Source: a virus
Taxonomy: Duplodnaviria > Heunggongvirae > Uroviricota > Caudoviricetes
Length of the DNA: 29,121 nt
Reading direction: 5' to 3' (one strand)
IMG/VR virus record: IMGVR_UViG_3300032030_000021
Span: 1-29,121 of that record
In this document: positions 8,834-17,961 of the stretch, one piece after another
Layout: every line of letters begins with the position of its first letter
How positions within the stretch are numbered: position 1 is the first letter of the stretch
Notes under the pieces: generated by a model
What the model was told of the DNA's origin: nothing
Databases searched by the model: none
The model's input: only the letters and a program-made list of their open reading frames with translations
Translations under genes and position numbers: made by a program

Positions 8834-11800
8834 ATGGATAATACAAGTCTTAATGAAGCTCTGCAACAGTACCGGGTATTGCATACCCCCGTACATCTTT
8901 CTATATATCAATTCTATGCTAAGCAGAAATTTTCAAAACCTAATATTCTCGAATGTGAATCCGAAGAACGGGAATCGTGGAAAGAACGGGCTTCCACCCC
9001 ATCTATCACTATTATAGATTCTATCAAGGGAAAAGTAGGCCGTATCGCTACCCTTTATGATCTTCTGGAAACGCTGACCAATCCGGCGCGCGCTAACATC
9101 ATCAAAGAACGCCGGAGTGTCGTCTATAGCTCTTGTGATGGAATTCGTCCTATTGGTTCTAATGCTTATGACAAATGGAATGGGTTTCAAGTTATAGATA
9201 TGGATATCAAGAATCGGGAATATGCCGCTTATCTCAAAAAAGAACTTTTCAAGCGCCTGAAAAAGTATAACTGGTTCTTCGGAGTGGCCTTCTCTTCCTC
9301 CGGCAAAGGTCTGCATATATATACCAAGATACGCATACCGCAGTCCGATGATTCCCGAAAGAAGAAACTTCTATACTTAGTCAACTATCGTCATAAATAT
9401 TCCTTTGTCTATCTAGCCTGTATCAAGGTCTTAGAAGATATGAAGGATGAAGATGGTAACCCTATTTCTAAAGATATCCTGCTCAAATGGCTGGACATGG
9501 CTATGTTCAAACCTCAGCAGGGGGCTTTTATCGGATATGATCCGGCGCCGCTTATCAACTCAGGATTCTTCGAGGATTTTATATATGTGAACTTCGATAA
9601 TGTGGAAGATATGGGACACCCCGATGTGGACTGGGTCAGCTATCCGGATCTCAAGGAAATATTCAAACGTTGGGAATGGTTTGAAGATACGGAGGATAAA
9701 CCGGAGATAAATATCAAAAACGCTCCTGAACTGGAAGTAGATACTCACAATAAAGTCCACTACAAGCACTTTGAAAGATGGCGTCTGGCCAATACTCTGG
9801 TGAAACTTTATGGACTGGAACAGGGGTTCAAATACATGCGGATGATATGTTCTTCTAGTATATCTACCAAGGAAATTCAGGCGGACTGCACTACCGCCCA
9901 TACTCATGACAAGCCTATCGACGAATGGGCTATAAACCAGCTCAACAAATATCACGGATTTAATATTTCTATTGATAAGCCTCAAGTAGAAGAGCCGGGT
10001 ACCGACCGATTAGCTAACAACATAGAAGTCATCGATAATCCTACTTTGCTTAAAGAATCCGCTAATACAATAGTATTCAATATCACTAAAAACCAATACT
10101 TGGGAGACATCAAGCAGAAACTTATGGATTCTCTGGGTATGATCTCTCTGATAGACGCTGGTGCCGGTGTAGGCAAGACCGAGATGGTCAAATCCCTAGT
10201 AGATAAAGATGGCAAGCGCATACTCCTGGTAATGCCCTTCACATCCACCATCAAGTCTAAGATTGAAGGCAATCCCAACTGGGATTATTCTTACGGCAAC
10301 AAATCCCCTAAATGGGACAGGATGGGTATATGCATGACCATAGACAAGTTCTCGCGTCTGAACCTGATGGAAGTCAAGGAGATGGGTTTCGATTATATCT
10401 TCATAGACGAATCTCACCTCATGTTCCAATCGGAATATCGTCCGGTGATGGCTAAGGTCGTGGAGAAAATCCGGAACTCCGAGGTTCCGGTGGTGCTGAT
10501 GTCCGGCACTCCGGTGGGAGAAACCATTTTCTTTGAAGATCTTGTGCATCTGAAAGTCATTAAAGAAGATGTCCGGAAGAAGAATATCAATATCAGGATC
10601 ACCGGAAAACCTATTGATAATCTATGTTATATGTGTCAGGCCATGGCTCGGGATGTAGCTAACGGTGTCCGAGTTTTATTTCCAACAAACAAGGGATCTC
10701 TTTTCAAAGAACAGATCGAGGAATTAGTATCTTACTTCTTGAGAACGGAGTATTTCATATATGAACGGCCTATTGTCAATTACTACAAGAAATCCAATGT
10801 CGGAGAAGATTTCATGGATAAGGTCAATATCATGAAAACGGTGGATAAGACTAATATCTTGCTTTGTTCTACCTATCTCTCCGTGGGCGTGGATATTCTA
10901 GACCGTTTCGACTTCAATATATATTTCAATGACCTCTGGATGCCTCAGGAGATAGAGCAGTTCGCCAATCGTCTCCGATCCCATGATTTATTTATCAACA
11001 TCTATATCAATCGGAAAAATGCGGATGGAGATTCTTTGGATATCATAGACTATACTCCATGTAATTTCGCTCTGAACGAGGATGAAATCAAGAATGTGCA
11101 TTCCATTGTCCGGGCCTGTAACGCCATGATAGAGAGAAATCCTATAGAATATAGGTATAATTCCTTAGTAGCCAGCATTATAAGGGATAATAAATTTATA
11201 GAATATAATGATGTGGAGAACAAATATTACTTAAACGAGATTGCTTATAAGATCATTATGTTCGAACGGAAATACCGGATATATGTACAGCAGCTACCTG
11301 TGTTAATTAAAGGTATCCTTTCCTATGGATATCAATATAATGCTAAAGAACTAGGTGAGTTTAAAGGCAATATTTCGGAGGACTTTGTAGTAGATGACAG
11401 TATCAAGAATCTTTTGACCAGTGTAAAGCACAGCTATGAAGCAACTAATACGTCATTAGTGGCTGAACTGCTGGATATCATCACCGAAGACCGGCTTTAT
11501 ATCTTCAATGATGTCATGAAGGGTCTGTATGATATCAAGAAAGGACCGGACTGGAAGAATGATGAGTTGAATAAGATTATGATAGTCAAGAATATAGAAG
11601 TCTTCGAGAAAGTGGTGCCGTTGGTAGTGTCTTTTTCCAAGATGTTTGATATCTCGGATATCAAGGAGATGTTCGAACACTGCCGCCGAAACAATACCTA
11701 TTCCTTTGCGGCTATCCGAAGACTCAAATCCTTATGCAATCTTATATATAACTCCAAGCTGGATCGGCTGGATCTGCCTATAGACGAATTCATGAAAGAT

Positions 11801-12193
11801 TCCTATGCTTTCGTAGATAGCTGCCCGCAAGGTGTTGTAGCTCGCACCGGATTGGAACAGTTTATAAGAGACAAAGCCCGCAAGTATGCCGAAGCGGACT
11901 CCACCGAGGAGATTGTCATCACCCGATCTCCACTGACTATGGATGCTCTTTATGAAAAGCTCATGGAGATCTTCCGCTGCCTGATCAATGTATCCAGACC
12001 TCGCAAGAATAAGAAAAACAAGAAGAATCCTAATGAGATGGTGGTAGAAATGGAGAAAGTGATGCTGCTGTGGGATGACAAGAATACCAAGGCGGACAAG
12101 TTCACCCAGCAGCTAGCTTATCTCGGCGAGCTTATGGATAACTTGGAGGTCCGGGAGGAAAGAATTACTATGAAAGATATTAAGGAAAACTAG
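8834..12193 (+). CDS. Primase-helicase fusion: BT4734/VirE-N-like primase domain, PriCT-like helical region and SF2 (DExH) helicase
   Basis: WNGFQVIDMD and FSSSGKGLHIY (AEP-like motifs); DAGAGVGKT (Walker A), FIDESH (Walker B), LMSGTP (motif III), EQFANRLR (motif VI). Confidence 0.75.
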   Translation: MDNTSLNEALQQYRVLHTPVHLSIYQFYAKQKFSKPNILECESEERESWKERASTPSITIIDSIKGKVGRIATLYDLLETLTNPARANIIKERRSVVYSSCDGIRPIGSNAYDKWNGFQVIDMDIKNREYAAYLKKELFKRLKKYNWFFGVAFSSSGKGLHIYTKIRIPQSDDSRKKKLLYLVNYRHKYSFVYLACIKVLEDMKDEDGNPISKDILLKWLDMAMFKPQQGAFIGYDPAPLINSGFFEDFIYVNFDNVEDMGHPDVDWVSYPDLKEIFKRWEWFEDTEDKPEINIKNAPELEVDTHNKVHYKHFERWRLANTLVKLYGLEQGFKYMRMICSSSISTKEIQADCTTAHTHDKPIDEWAINQLNKYHGFNISIDKPQVEEPGTDRLANNIEVIDNPTLLKESANTIVFNITKNQYLGDIKQKLMDSLGMISLIDAGAGVGKTEMVKSLVDKDGKRILLVMPFTSTIKSKIEGNPNWDYSYGNKSPKWDRMGICMTIDKFSRLNLMEVKEMGFDYIFIDESHLMFQSEYRPVMAKVVEKIRNSEVPVVLMSGTPVGETIFFEDLVHLKVIKEDVRKKNINIRITGKPIDNLCYMCQAMARDVANGVRVLFPTNKGSLFKEQIEELVSYFLRTEYFIYERPIVNYYKKSNVGEDFMDKVNIMKTVDKTNILLCSTYLSVGVDILDRFDFNIYFNDLWMPQEIEQFANRLRSHDLFINIYINRKNADGDSLDIIDYTPCNFALNEDEIKNVHSIVRACNAMIERNPIEYRYNSLVASIIRDNKFIEYNDVENKYYLNEIAYKIIMFERKYRIYVQQLPVLIKGILSYGYQYNAKELGEFKGNISEDFVVDDSIKNLLTSVKHSYEATNTSLVAELLDIITEDRLYIFNDVMKGLYDIKKGPDWKNDELNKIMIVKNIEVFEKVVPLVVSFSKMFDISDIKEMFEHCRRNNTYSFAAIRRLKSLCNLIYNSKLDRLDLPIDEFMKDSYAFVDSCPQGVVARTGLEQFIRDKARKYAEADSTEEIVITRSPLTMDALYEKLMEIFRCLINVSRPRKNKKNKKNPNEMVVEMEKVMLLWDDKNTKADKFTQQLAYLGELMDNLEVREERITMKDIKEN

Positions 12194-12432
12194 TATTAGT
12201 GTTTTTGTCCGGATTTGGACCAGGCAGAACAATATGTGTAACTAATCAGCTCCAAAACTGGGATGAAAATTTAATTTCATTAAACCCAAACCTATTTGGT
12301 AAATGGGATGTAGTTAAAATATATCATAAACCGACAAACAAAACATTCTATAGAAAATCATCTTTTAAAAAATTAAATGAATATGTAGAATGGATCAGAA
12401 ATAATGTGAATCCTATAGTTATAAATCAATGA
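12184..12432 (+). pseudogene. 5'-truncated paralog of the ESIIGRK-family gene at 18810-19199
   Basis: ...NWDENL...KWDVVKIYHKPTNK...KKLNEYVEWIRNNVNPIVINQ* aligns with ...SWDDNL...QFDIVRVYRKPRNK...IKLKDYINWIIDNVKPININQ*. The frame is closed upstream by TAA at 12181; no leader is present. Confidence 0.7.
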
Positions 12433-12436
12433 TTAC

Positions 12437-12460
12437 AAAAGACCCCCCGGGTCTTTTTTT
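12437..12460 (+). terminator. Rho-independent terminator
   Basis: aaaagaccc-ccc-gggtctttt plus T run. Confidence 0.8.
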
Positions 12461-12515
12461 ATTCCTAAATATTTCGAGATCATAACATATATAATTATCA
12501 AATTATATACATAAT

Positions 12516-13616
12516 ATGATCAAAAACAAAACAACACTCATTATAGACGGCAACTGGCTGATGATGTCCCGGTTCGGAACCATGCAAGACCAATTCTCTA
12601 GCGAATATAATGAGAATGTCCTGCAGGTGGCTTCTAATGAACTAATAGATCTGCTAGCTCAGTCAGTTAACAAAATCATCAATTTCTTCGGCGACAATAT
12701 TGACAACATCATTATGGTCCAAGACGGAGGATCTTGGCGCAAGCATATTCGGAAGCCCAAACTATATCAAGAAGACTATAAAGGCAATCGTGTCAAGGAT
12801 GAAGGTACTAGCTGGGATTATGTCTGGAAATCACTAAGCCGGTTCTGTGAGAACTTTAAAGATGTAGGGATAAGCTGTTTTCGGGAAGATGACTGTGAGG
12901 GTGATGACTGGTGCTGGTACTGGTCTAAGACATTGAATAAGATGGGGATTAACACCATCATATGGTCTTCCGATCGAGACCTTCAGCAGCTGGTATCATA
13001 CAACCGGAATAAAACCTGGACGGTCTGGTATAATGATAAGAAAGGCTTAGTATGTCATCGGGATCTCCAAAAGAAAGAAGATCTATTAGAAGACATGCTG
13101 TCTCTAGATATGGGTAATCCGACATTCGATAGTCTGAAATCGGATCTAGATAGTATGTTTGTAGATGTGAACTTTATAAATCCATTGGATGTAGCATTCG
13201 AAAAAGTCATATGCGGAGACAGCGGGGATAATATCAAATCTATCATGAGAGTGAAGAAAAACGACCGGATAGCCCGGGTGTCCGAGAAGGAATGGAAGTC
13301 CATAAAAGAATCTTATGATGATTTTCAAAATCTTGAAAGTTTTAAGCATGATGCTAAGCTTATTATTAACGACCTTAAGAATTTGAAAAGATTCTCGAAG
13401 AATAAAGATTCTATGAAGGATTTATATCAGATGTTTTTATTCAATATGAGATTGGTTTGTTTAGACACCAAATATATTCCAAAAAAGATTCGTGATGCTA
13501 TGAATTCTCATAAGAAAGAATATGTGCAAGCCGATATGGAAAGTATCTTGAATAATTACAAAGTATTAGCACCGGATGAAGAAGTAGAAGTAGAAGAACT
13601 GTTTGATATATTTTAA
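12516..13616 (+). CDS. 5'-3' exonuclease / T4 RNase H-like flap endonuclease
   Basis: LIIDGNWL, VQDGGSWRK, YKGNR, CEGDD, IIWSSDRDLQQL and ICGDSGDNI acidic motifs of the FEN/PolI 5'-nuclease family. Confidence 0.9.
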   Translation: MIKNKTTLIIDGNWLMMSRFGTMQDQFSSEYNENVLQVASNELIDLLAQSVNKIINFFGDNIDNIIMVQDGGSWRKHIRKPKLYQEDYKGNRVKDEGTSWDYVWKSLSRFCENFKDVGISCFREDDCEGDDWCWYWSKTLNKMGINTIIWSSDRDLQQLVSYNRNKTWTVWYNDKKGLVCHRDLQKKEDLLEDMLSLDMGNPTFDSLKSDLDSMFVDVNFINPLDVAFEKVICGDSGDNIKSIMRVKKNDRIARVSEKEWKSIKESYDDFQNLESFKHDAKLIINDLKNLKRFSKNKDSMKDLYQMFLFNMRLVCLDTKYIPKKIRDAMNSHKKEYVQADMESILNNYKVLAPDEEVEVEELFDIF

Positions 13617-13640
13617 CACACTGCATTATTACAGTAAATC

Positions 13641-13664
13641 AACCGGGGAATTCCCCGGTTTTTT
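13641..13664 (+). terminator. Rho-independent terminator (perfect 20-bp palindrome)
   Basis: aaccggggaattccccggtt followed by tttt. Confidence 0.85.
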
Positions 13665-13727
13665 ATGGTTATAGAAATTCCTTAACTTATTAGAAAACCG
13701 ATTATATAGATTCAAAATAGAATAAAT

Positions 13728-14378
13728 ATGAAGAAGCTAAAAATTTTCACGGATGACATGCTCGCCAAGGAAGAAATTAAAGAATGGCAATATAAATTCA
13801 GAAAATTTGCACTGCCCCTGCTAATATGTTTTATTTTGGCGGTCGGATCTTGCATATGGATTGCAAAAGAATATTTAGAAATTAAAAAGGATACCGATGA
13901 AATCGTAAATTGCATTTCTCAAATTTCCGGCGAGACCGATGGAACTCTAGAGGCATTAATAGGAAAATATCATATGTATCCCAATAAGAAAATGTCGGAT
14001 AGTACGGTATATGAAATTATATGCGAATGTGGGGCCTGGTATCCGGAAATAATTATGGCTCAATACAAAATAGAATCCGGCGGCGGAAAAAGCACACTAG
14101 CTAAGTCATCCAATAATCTTTTCGGAATGAGAGTGGCTATGCGAAGACCTACTACACAGCTCTCCGGAACTTCTAATAGCGGATATGGTGTTTATCTCAA
14201 CTGGGAACATTCTATTATAGATAGAATTCTATGGGAAAGATGGATTTTCAAAGGAGAAAAACCAAACTATGAATCATATATGTCCAGACTAGAAACAATT
14301 TATGCGGAATCTTCTTGCTATCGCGCGACTATAGAAACAGCTGCGCGAAAATATGTTGTAAAACGCGTAAATCCATAG
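13728..14378 (+). CDS. Membrane-anchored GH73 glucosaminidase-like cell-wall hydrolase
   Basis: Hydrophobic N-terminal segment FALPLLICFILAVGSCIWIA; PEIIMAQYKIESG...SNNLFGMR catalytic motif; YAES near the C-terminus. Confidence 0.8.
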   Translation: MKKLKIFTDDMLAKEEIKEWQYKFRKFALPLLICFILAVGSCIWIAKEYLEIKKDTDEIVNCISQISGETDGTLEALIGKYHMYPNKKMSDSTVYEIICECGAWYPEIIMAQYKIESGGGKSTLAKSSNNLFGMRVAMRRPTTQLSGTSNSGYGVYLNWEHSIIDRILWERWIFKGEKPNYESYMSRLETIYAESSCYRATIETAARKYVVKRVNP

Positions 14379-14451
14379 CTAATTCAAGCGATCTTGATGG
14401 GAATAATATAAAAGGTCATTTAAAATAAAAACTCTTAATATATCACAAAAT

Positions 14452-14853
14452 ATGAACGACATTACTAATTTATACCAGGAATATCTAAAAATTCAAAAGA
14501 TCATTAAATCCTCATATAATATTGAAGAATATGATGATGACACAAAAGCGTGGCTTGAATCTCATTATAAAGGAACTTTTAATGGATTTGTAAGGGTATA
14601 CTTGCCGATATCAATAATTCGCAATATTTGTCAGGATTGGATTGATAAAGTCATTGCGGAGAATAAGATAAACCGATTTTCAAAAGGATGGATTGATCTT
14701 TTGTTTTTCGGTATAAAAGGCAAATTCAAAGAGAGGAAAAAATTCTTAAGCATGTTTTACGCCATATATTATGACATGGCTTCTAAATTAGATTTACTGG
14801 ACGGTGGACCGGATACTGAAGTTAAAACAACTACTACCGGATTCGCTATCTGA
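14452..14853 (+). CDS. Hypothetical protein (133 aa)
   Basis: ATG with A-rich leader; fills the gap between neighbours; no recognised motif. Confidence 0.7.
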   Translation: MNDITNLYQEYLKIQKIIKSSYNIEEYDDDTKAWLESHYKGTFNGFVRVYLPISIIRNICQDWIDKVIAENKINRFSKGWIDLLFFGIKGKFKERKKFLSMFYAIYYDMASKLDLLDGGPDTEVKTTTTGFAI

Positions 14854-14907
14854 TAATAAAAAAGCGATTATTTTTTTATTATTTCTAAAAATTAAAAAAG
14901 AAAAATT

Positions 14908-15189
14908 ATGAAAAGTCTTAGAGATTTTGTAACCGAATCCTCGGAAGAATATATAGAGGAAGTATTTGAACCGGTAATGGAGAGTAAAGTTACCGACGAA
15001 AAAAGCTTTCGTGAATGGGCCGAATCTAAATTCAAAGAAGTCTATGGTGATGAATATGATGAAAATAAAATGAAAAAAACTGTAGATGGATTGTTGAATG
15101 ACAATAAAAAACTGGTAGAAGATGGAGAATGGGGGGAGCTCGTCGGTATGATGAATAAATCATTTGCACCGGAATCCGATAAGGAATAA
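14908..15189 (+). CDS. Small acidic protein, possible prohead core/internal protein
   Basis: MKSLRDFVTES leader resembles the T4 CTS MKTYQEFIAE; further hydrophobic-x-E sites (YIEE, VMES); TTATTATT at 14876-14883. Confidence 0.65.
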   Translation: MKSLRDFVTESSEEYIEEVFEPVMESKVTDEKSFREWAESKFKEVYGDEYDENKMKKTVDGLLNDNKKLVEDGEWGELVGMMNKSFAPESDKE

Positions 15190-15211
15190 TTAATGAAGCA
15201 AATATTAAACT

Positions 15212-15239
15212 AAAAAAGGACTGTAAGGTCCTTTTTTTT
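15212..15239. terminator. Bidirectional terminator between convergent genes
   Basis: aaaaaaggac-tgtaag-gtcctttttttt with A and T runs on the two sides. Confidence 0.85.
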
Positions 15240-15618
15240 ATTTTATACGTTTGAATTTGTTATTTATTATAAGTTTCTGCAAAGCATTTTGACTAAAAAA
15301 TTCATCCTCGATTTCACTATATAAATAGTAATTGAGATATATACCTTCATCTCCATCATCTTCGTATCCCCATACTTCAATAATATTATATTTGCTTGAT
15401 CTTTTAGAACATAACTGATTATTGTATTCCGTAAGATATGGAGAAATTATTATATTGTGACTGGATCTGATTAATTTGCTATTTTGAAAATTATGCTTAT
15501 CAATGAGCACAAAATAGTAATTATTGTCGTTGAGTTTTACAACATATCCGGTTTTCAGATCATCTAGAAATACTCCGGACTTTTTCCTCCCTATTATAGA
15601 TTCATTAAAATACTTCAT
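15238..15618 (-). CDS. ESIIGRK-leader family protein 4 (shared body)
   Basis: MKYFNESIIGRKK...DLKTGYVVKLNDNNYYFVL...YNNQL...YNIIEVW; GAATCTATAAT on the minus strand at 15593-15603. Confidence 0.85.
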   Translation of the reverse strand: MKYFNESIIGRKKSGVFLDDLKTGYVVKLNDNNYYFVLIDKHNFQNSKLIRSSHNIIISPYLTEYNNQLCSKRSSKYNIIEVWGYEDDGDEGIYLNYYLYSEIEDEFFSQNALQKLIINNKFKRIK

Positions 15619-16195
15619 AAATTACATCATCTACTATTTTAGCTACCTTATCATCTCCTATTATATCATTAAGGAGTATGGGCTTTTTAGATTGGCTTGG
15701 GTTGGCTATATATAATGGATCTTTATATTCATACCCGTCTCTAACATGCGGAAATATAAATATAATAGTATTCCGAAATTCCGGTATAATACTCAATCCA
15801 TCGGATATGGCACTAGCCATAGCATCTATGTCCCATTTTGAATGAGTTCCCCATTCATCTCCTTGAAAAGTATATTCTACACATATGGCTTGTATATCAT
15901 TTCCGGATTCATTAAAGAATTGTCGAGGTACTGTTATCGGAAATATAGCACAATCTTTAGGGGCACACCAATTACCTAGAGTCCGAATAAGTTTGGAAGG
16001 ATTCTTATAAACTTTTTTAAATCCGGATCCGTTAGGATCATTTACGAGTCCAGCCCCATTATGATGAAATAAAGTATTTATTATCTTATAAGCTTTGTCT
16101 ATATTAAATTTTGCCGGATTGCTTGACATGTTCAATATAGAACTTAATGATGTAGTTCCTTTACGACCGATTATAGATTCTTTTATAGATCTCAT
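15605..16195 (-). CDS. ESIIGRK-leader family protein 3 (196 aa, unrelated body)
   Basis: MRSIKESIIGRKG; TAATG stop-start overlap with the RimK gene; motif at 16170-16180. Confidence 0.85.
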   Translation of the reverse strand: MRSIKESIIGRKGTTSLSSILNMSSNPAKFNIDKAYKIINTLFHHNGAGLVNDPNGSGFKKVYKNPSKLIRTLGNWCAPKDCAIFPITVPRQFFNESGNDIQAICVEYTFQGDEWGTHSKWDIDAMASAISDGLSIIPEFRNTIIFIFPHVRDGYEYKDPLYIANPSQSKKPILLNDIIGDDKVAKIVDDVIYEVF

Positions 16196-17850
16196 TATAG
16201 CTCGGTTTTTTCGATTTCCTTAGTCAGGAGGTGTGTCTTGGAAGGATTGATTATATAGCCCATCCAGCTCATCAATTCCCTATTCAGTAATATATTAGTG
16301 TTCTTCTTGATATCCGGTTCTTTAGCTAGTGCGATAGGAATATCGAAGATCATGCGGTTTCCTAGCCGGATGCTATGGAATTTCACAATAGGTCTGGTGG
16401 TTCTATTGCCACCCACAATAGGATTGCTTACGTCCTTATATTCTTTCTCGAAGGTAGTGCCTTGGATGGAGAATGTGACTTTCTTATGTTCTTCGTCGAT
16501 TTGCAGGTCCGGAATAGTCAGGCAGGTGGCTTTAGTGCCGTTGCCGGTATCCAGCTTGCCCAATAGTTCCAATGTATGTCCTTCATCTAGACTTAATTCT
16601 ACTGCTTCCACATATCCGGATTGTTTGTCTTGAAGGAAGAACTCTTTAGGATTAGTAAGCTCATTAACCATCACATTAACAAAATTCACACCCAGAACAT
16701 CGGTGATACCATCGGTACCCGGAGAGGCATTTAGTTCTAATACCACATTATCTCCCAGTTCTTTATTAGACCCTTTGACCAGTGGCATGATATCTACCGC
16801 ACACCAGGGGAGCTTGGAATACATAGCGGCTCGCAATGCTATCTGTTCTTGCTCGGAAGTGAGCTTGACCTTCTCGGCGGTAGCTCCTAGTGAGACATTG
16901 CTCCGGAAGTCACCGGAGATCTTCACCCTCTTCATAGCTCCTAAGATCACTTGTCTATCTCTCAAGGTCAGAACATGAACTCTTATGTCGCCCCCATCAG
17001 CTTCCTCTTTGGATTGTATGATAAGCTCTCTCTCCGGATCTACGGCAAAGATGGTCTGAAGGATAGCCATGAGCTTCTTGCCATCGGTCATGAACACACC
17101 GGTGCCGCCATGACCATCCAGGATCTTGACGACAAACTTCAGCTCTTCGTTCTTGTCGGAGTCTTTAGGGTTCCATTTCTCATTGACATCTTTCATGCGT
17201 TCATTAAAAAGCTCTTCGTTATGAATGATGTCTATAGAGAGCAGTGCAAAATTCGGTTGAGGGATGTCGTTTTTCCGCAATAGAGCGGCTGTCTTGTATT
17301 TATTGGAAGCTATCTGAGCGGGCTGCAGTGGATTTAATACTAGAAAACCTCTGTCTTGGATGATATTCAAGACTTCCTCGCAGTTGCCTTCTCCTTGTAC
17401 TCCCAATCTGGAAAATACTAGTGTATTAGCATTATTGAGACCTTCGAAATCCAGTTCATCATCATCATCTCTTATAGAGAATCCTTCTTCCGTTTCGGTA
17501 GCAATGGTTTTCTCCGCTAAGAATAGATGTAATTCCGGTACTAAAGATTTAGATTTTTTAATAGATTTGATAGCATCAAGAATATTTTTGAGAGTCTTGT
17601 TTTCTTTGGGATCTTTAGAGTTAGTGAATACTATCCAGTGTTCGAATATATTTTTGCATTCCTTGAATTTTAGATCCGCATATACTACGGGAAGGTCTTC
17701 CGATGGTGTTATTTTTTCAGGATCTTCGGGGTCATCGGTTTCCTGATTGACTTCCGTTATGGGTTCTTCAATAGGTTTAGTTGATTCTTGTATGTTATAA
17801 TATCTCCGGACATCTTCCGGAGACTCAAATTCGTTATACAACTTTTCCAT
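16195..17850 (-). CDS. rimK: RimK-family ATP-grasp ligase fused to a C-terminal retropepsin-like (RimB-type) protease, with an acidic N-terminal extension
   Basis: SNKYKT...IPQP, FVVKILDGHGGTGV, DIRVHVL, AMKR...DFRSNVSLGA, AVDI and VLELNASPG (RimK motifs); then GKLDTGN...R(T)RPIV...NILLNRELM (aspartic-protease-like). Confidence 0.8.
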   Translation of the reverse strand: MEKLYNEFESPEDVRRYYNIQESTKPIEEPITEVNQETDDPEDPEKITPSEDLPVVYADLKFKECKNIFEHWIVFTNSKDPKENKTLKNILDAIKSIKKSKSLVPELHLFLAEKTIATETEEGFSIRDDDDELDFEGLNNANTLVFSRLGVQGEGNCEEVLNIIQDRGFLVLNPLQPAQIASNKYKTAALLRKNDIPQPNFALLSIDIIHNEELFNERMKDVNEKWNPKDSDKNEELKFVVKILDGHGGTGVFMTDGKKLMAILQTIFAVDPERELIIQSKEEADGGDIRVHVLTLRDRQVILGAMKRVKISGDFRSNVSLGATAEKVKLTSEQEQIALRAAMYSKLPWCAVDIMPLVKGSNKELGDNVVLELNASPGTDGITDVLGVNFVNVMVNELTNPKEFFLQDKQSGYVEAVELSLDEGHTLELLGKLDTGNGTKATCLTIPDLQIDEEHKKVTFSIQGTTFEKEYKDVSNPIVGGNRTTRPIVKFHSIRLGNRMIFDIPIALAKEPDIKKNTNILLNRELMSWMGYIINPSKTHLLTKEIEKTEL

Positions 17851-17961
17851 ATATATTACATTGTTTGAACAAATAATAATCTTTTAAGAACCTATTCTAA
17901 AACTTAGAAACTATATATAAAAACGGTATTTTTTATTAGAAAATTTAAGAGATTTAAGAAC

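Noticed and set aside
760-13915. Antisense and alternate-frame ORFs inside long genes (e.g. 1300-1830, 2385-2630, 3493-3723, 3545-3796, 4918-5271, 6209-6903, 7183-7878, 7571-7945, 8933-11694, 13055-13915)
   Set aside because: Each is nested in or opposite a well-supported gene, has no recognisable motif, and mirrors the codon bias of the real frame.
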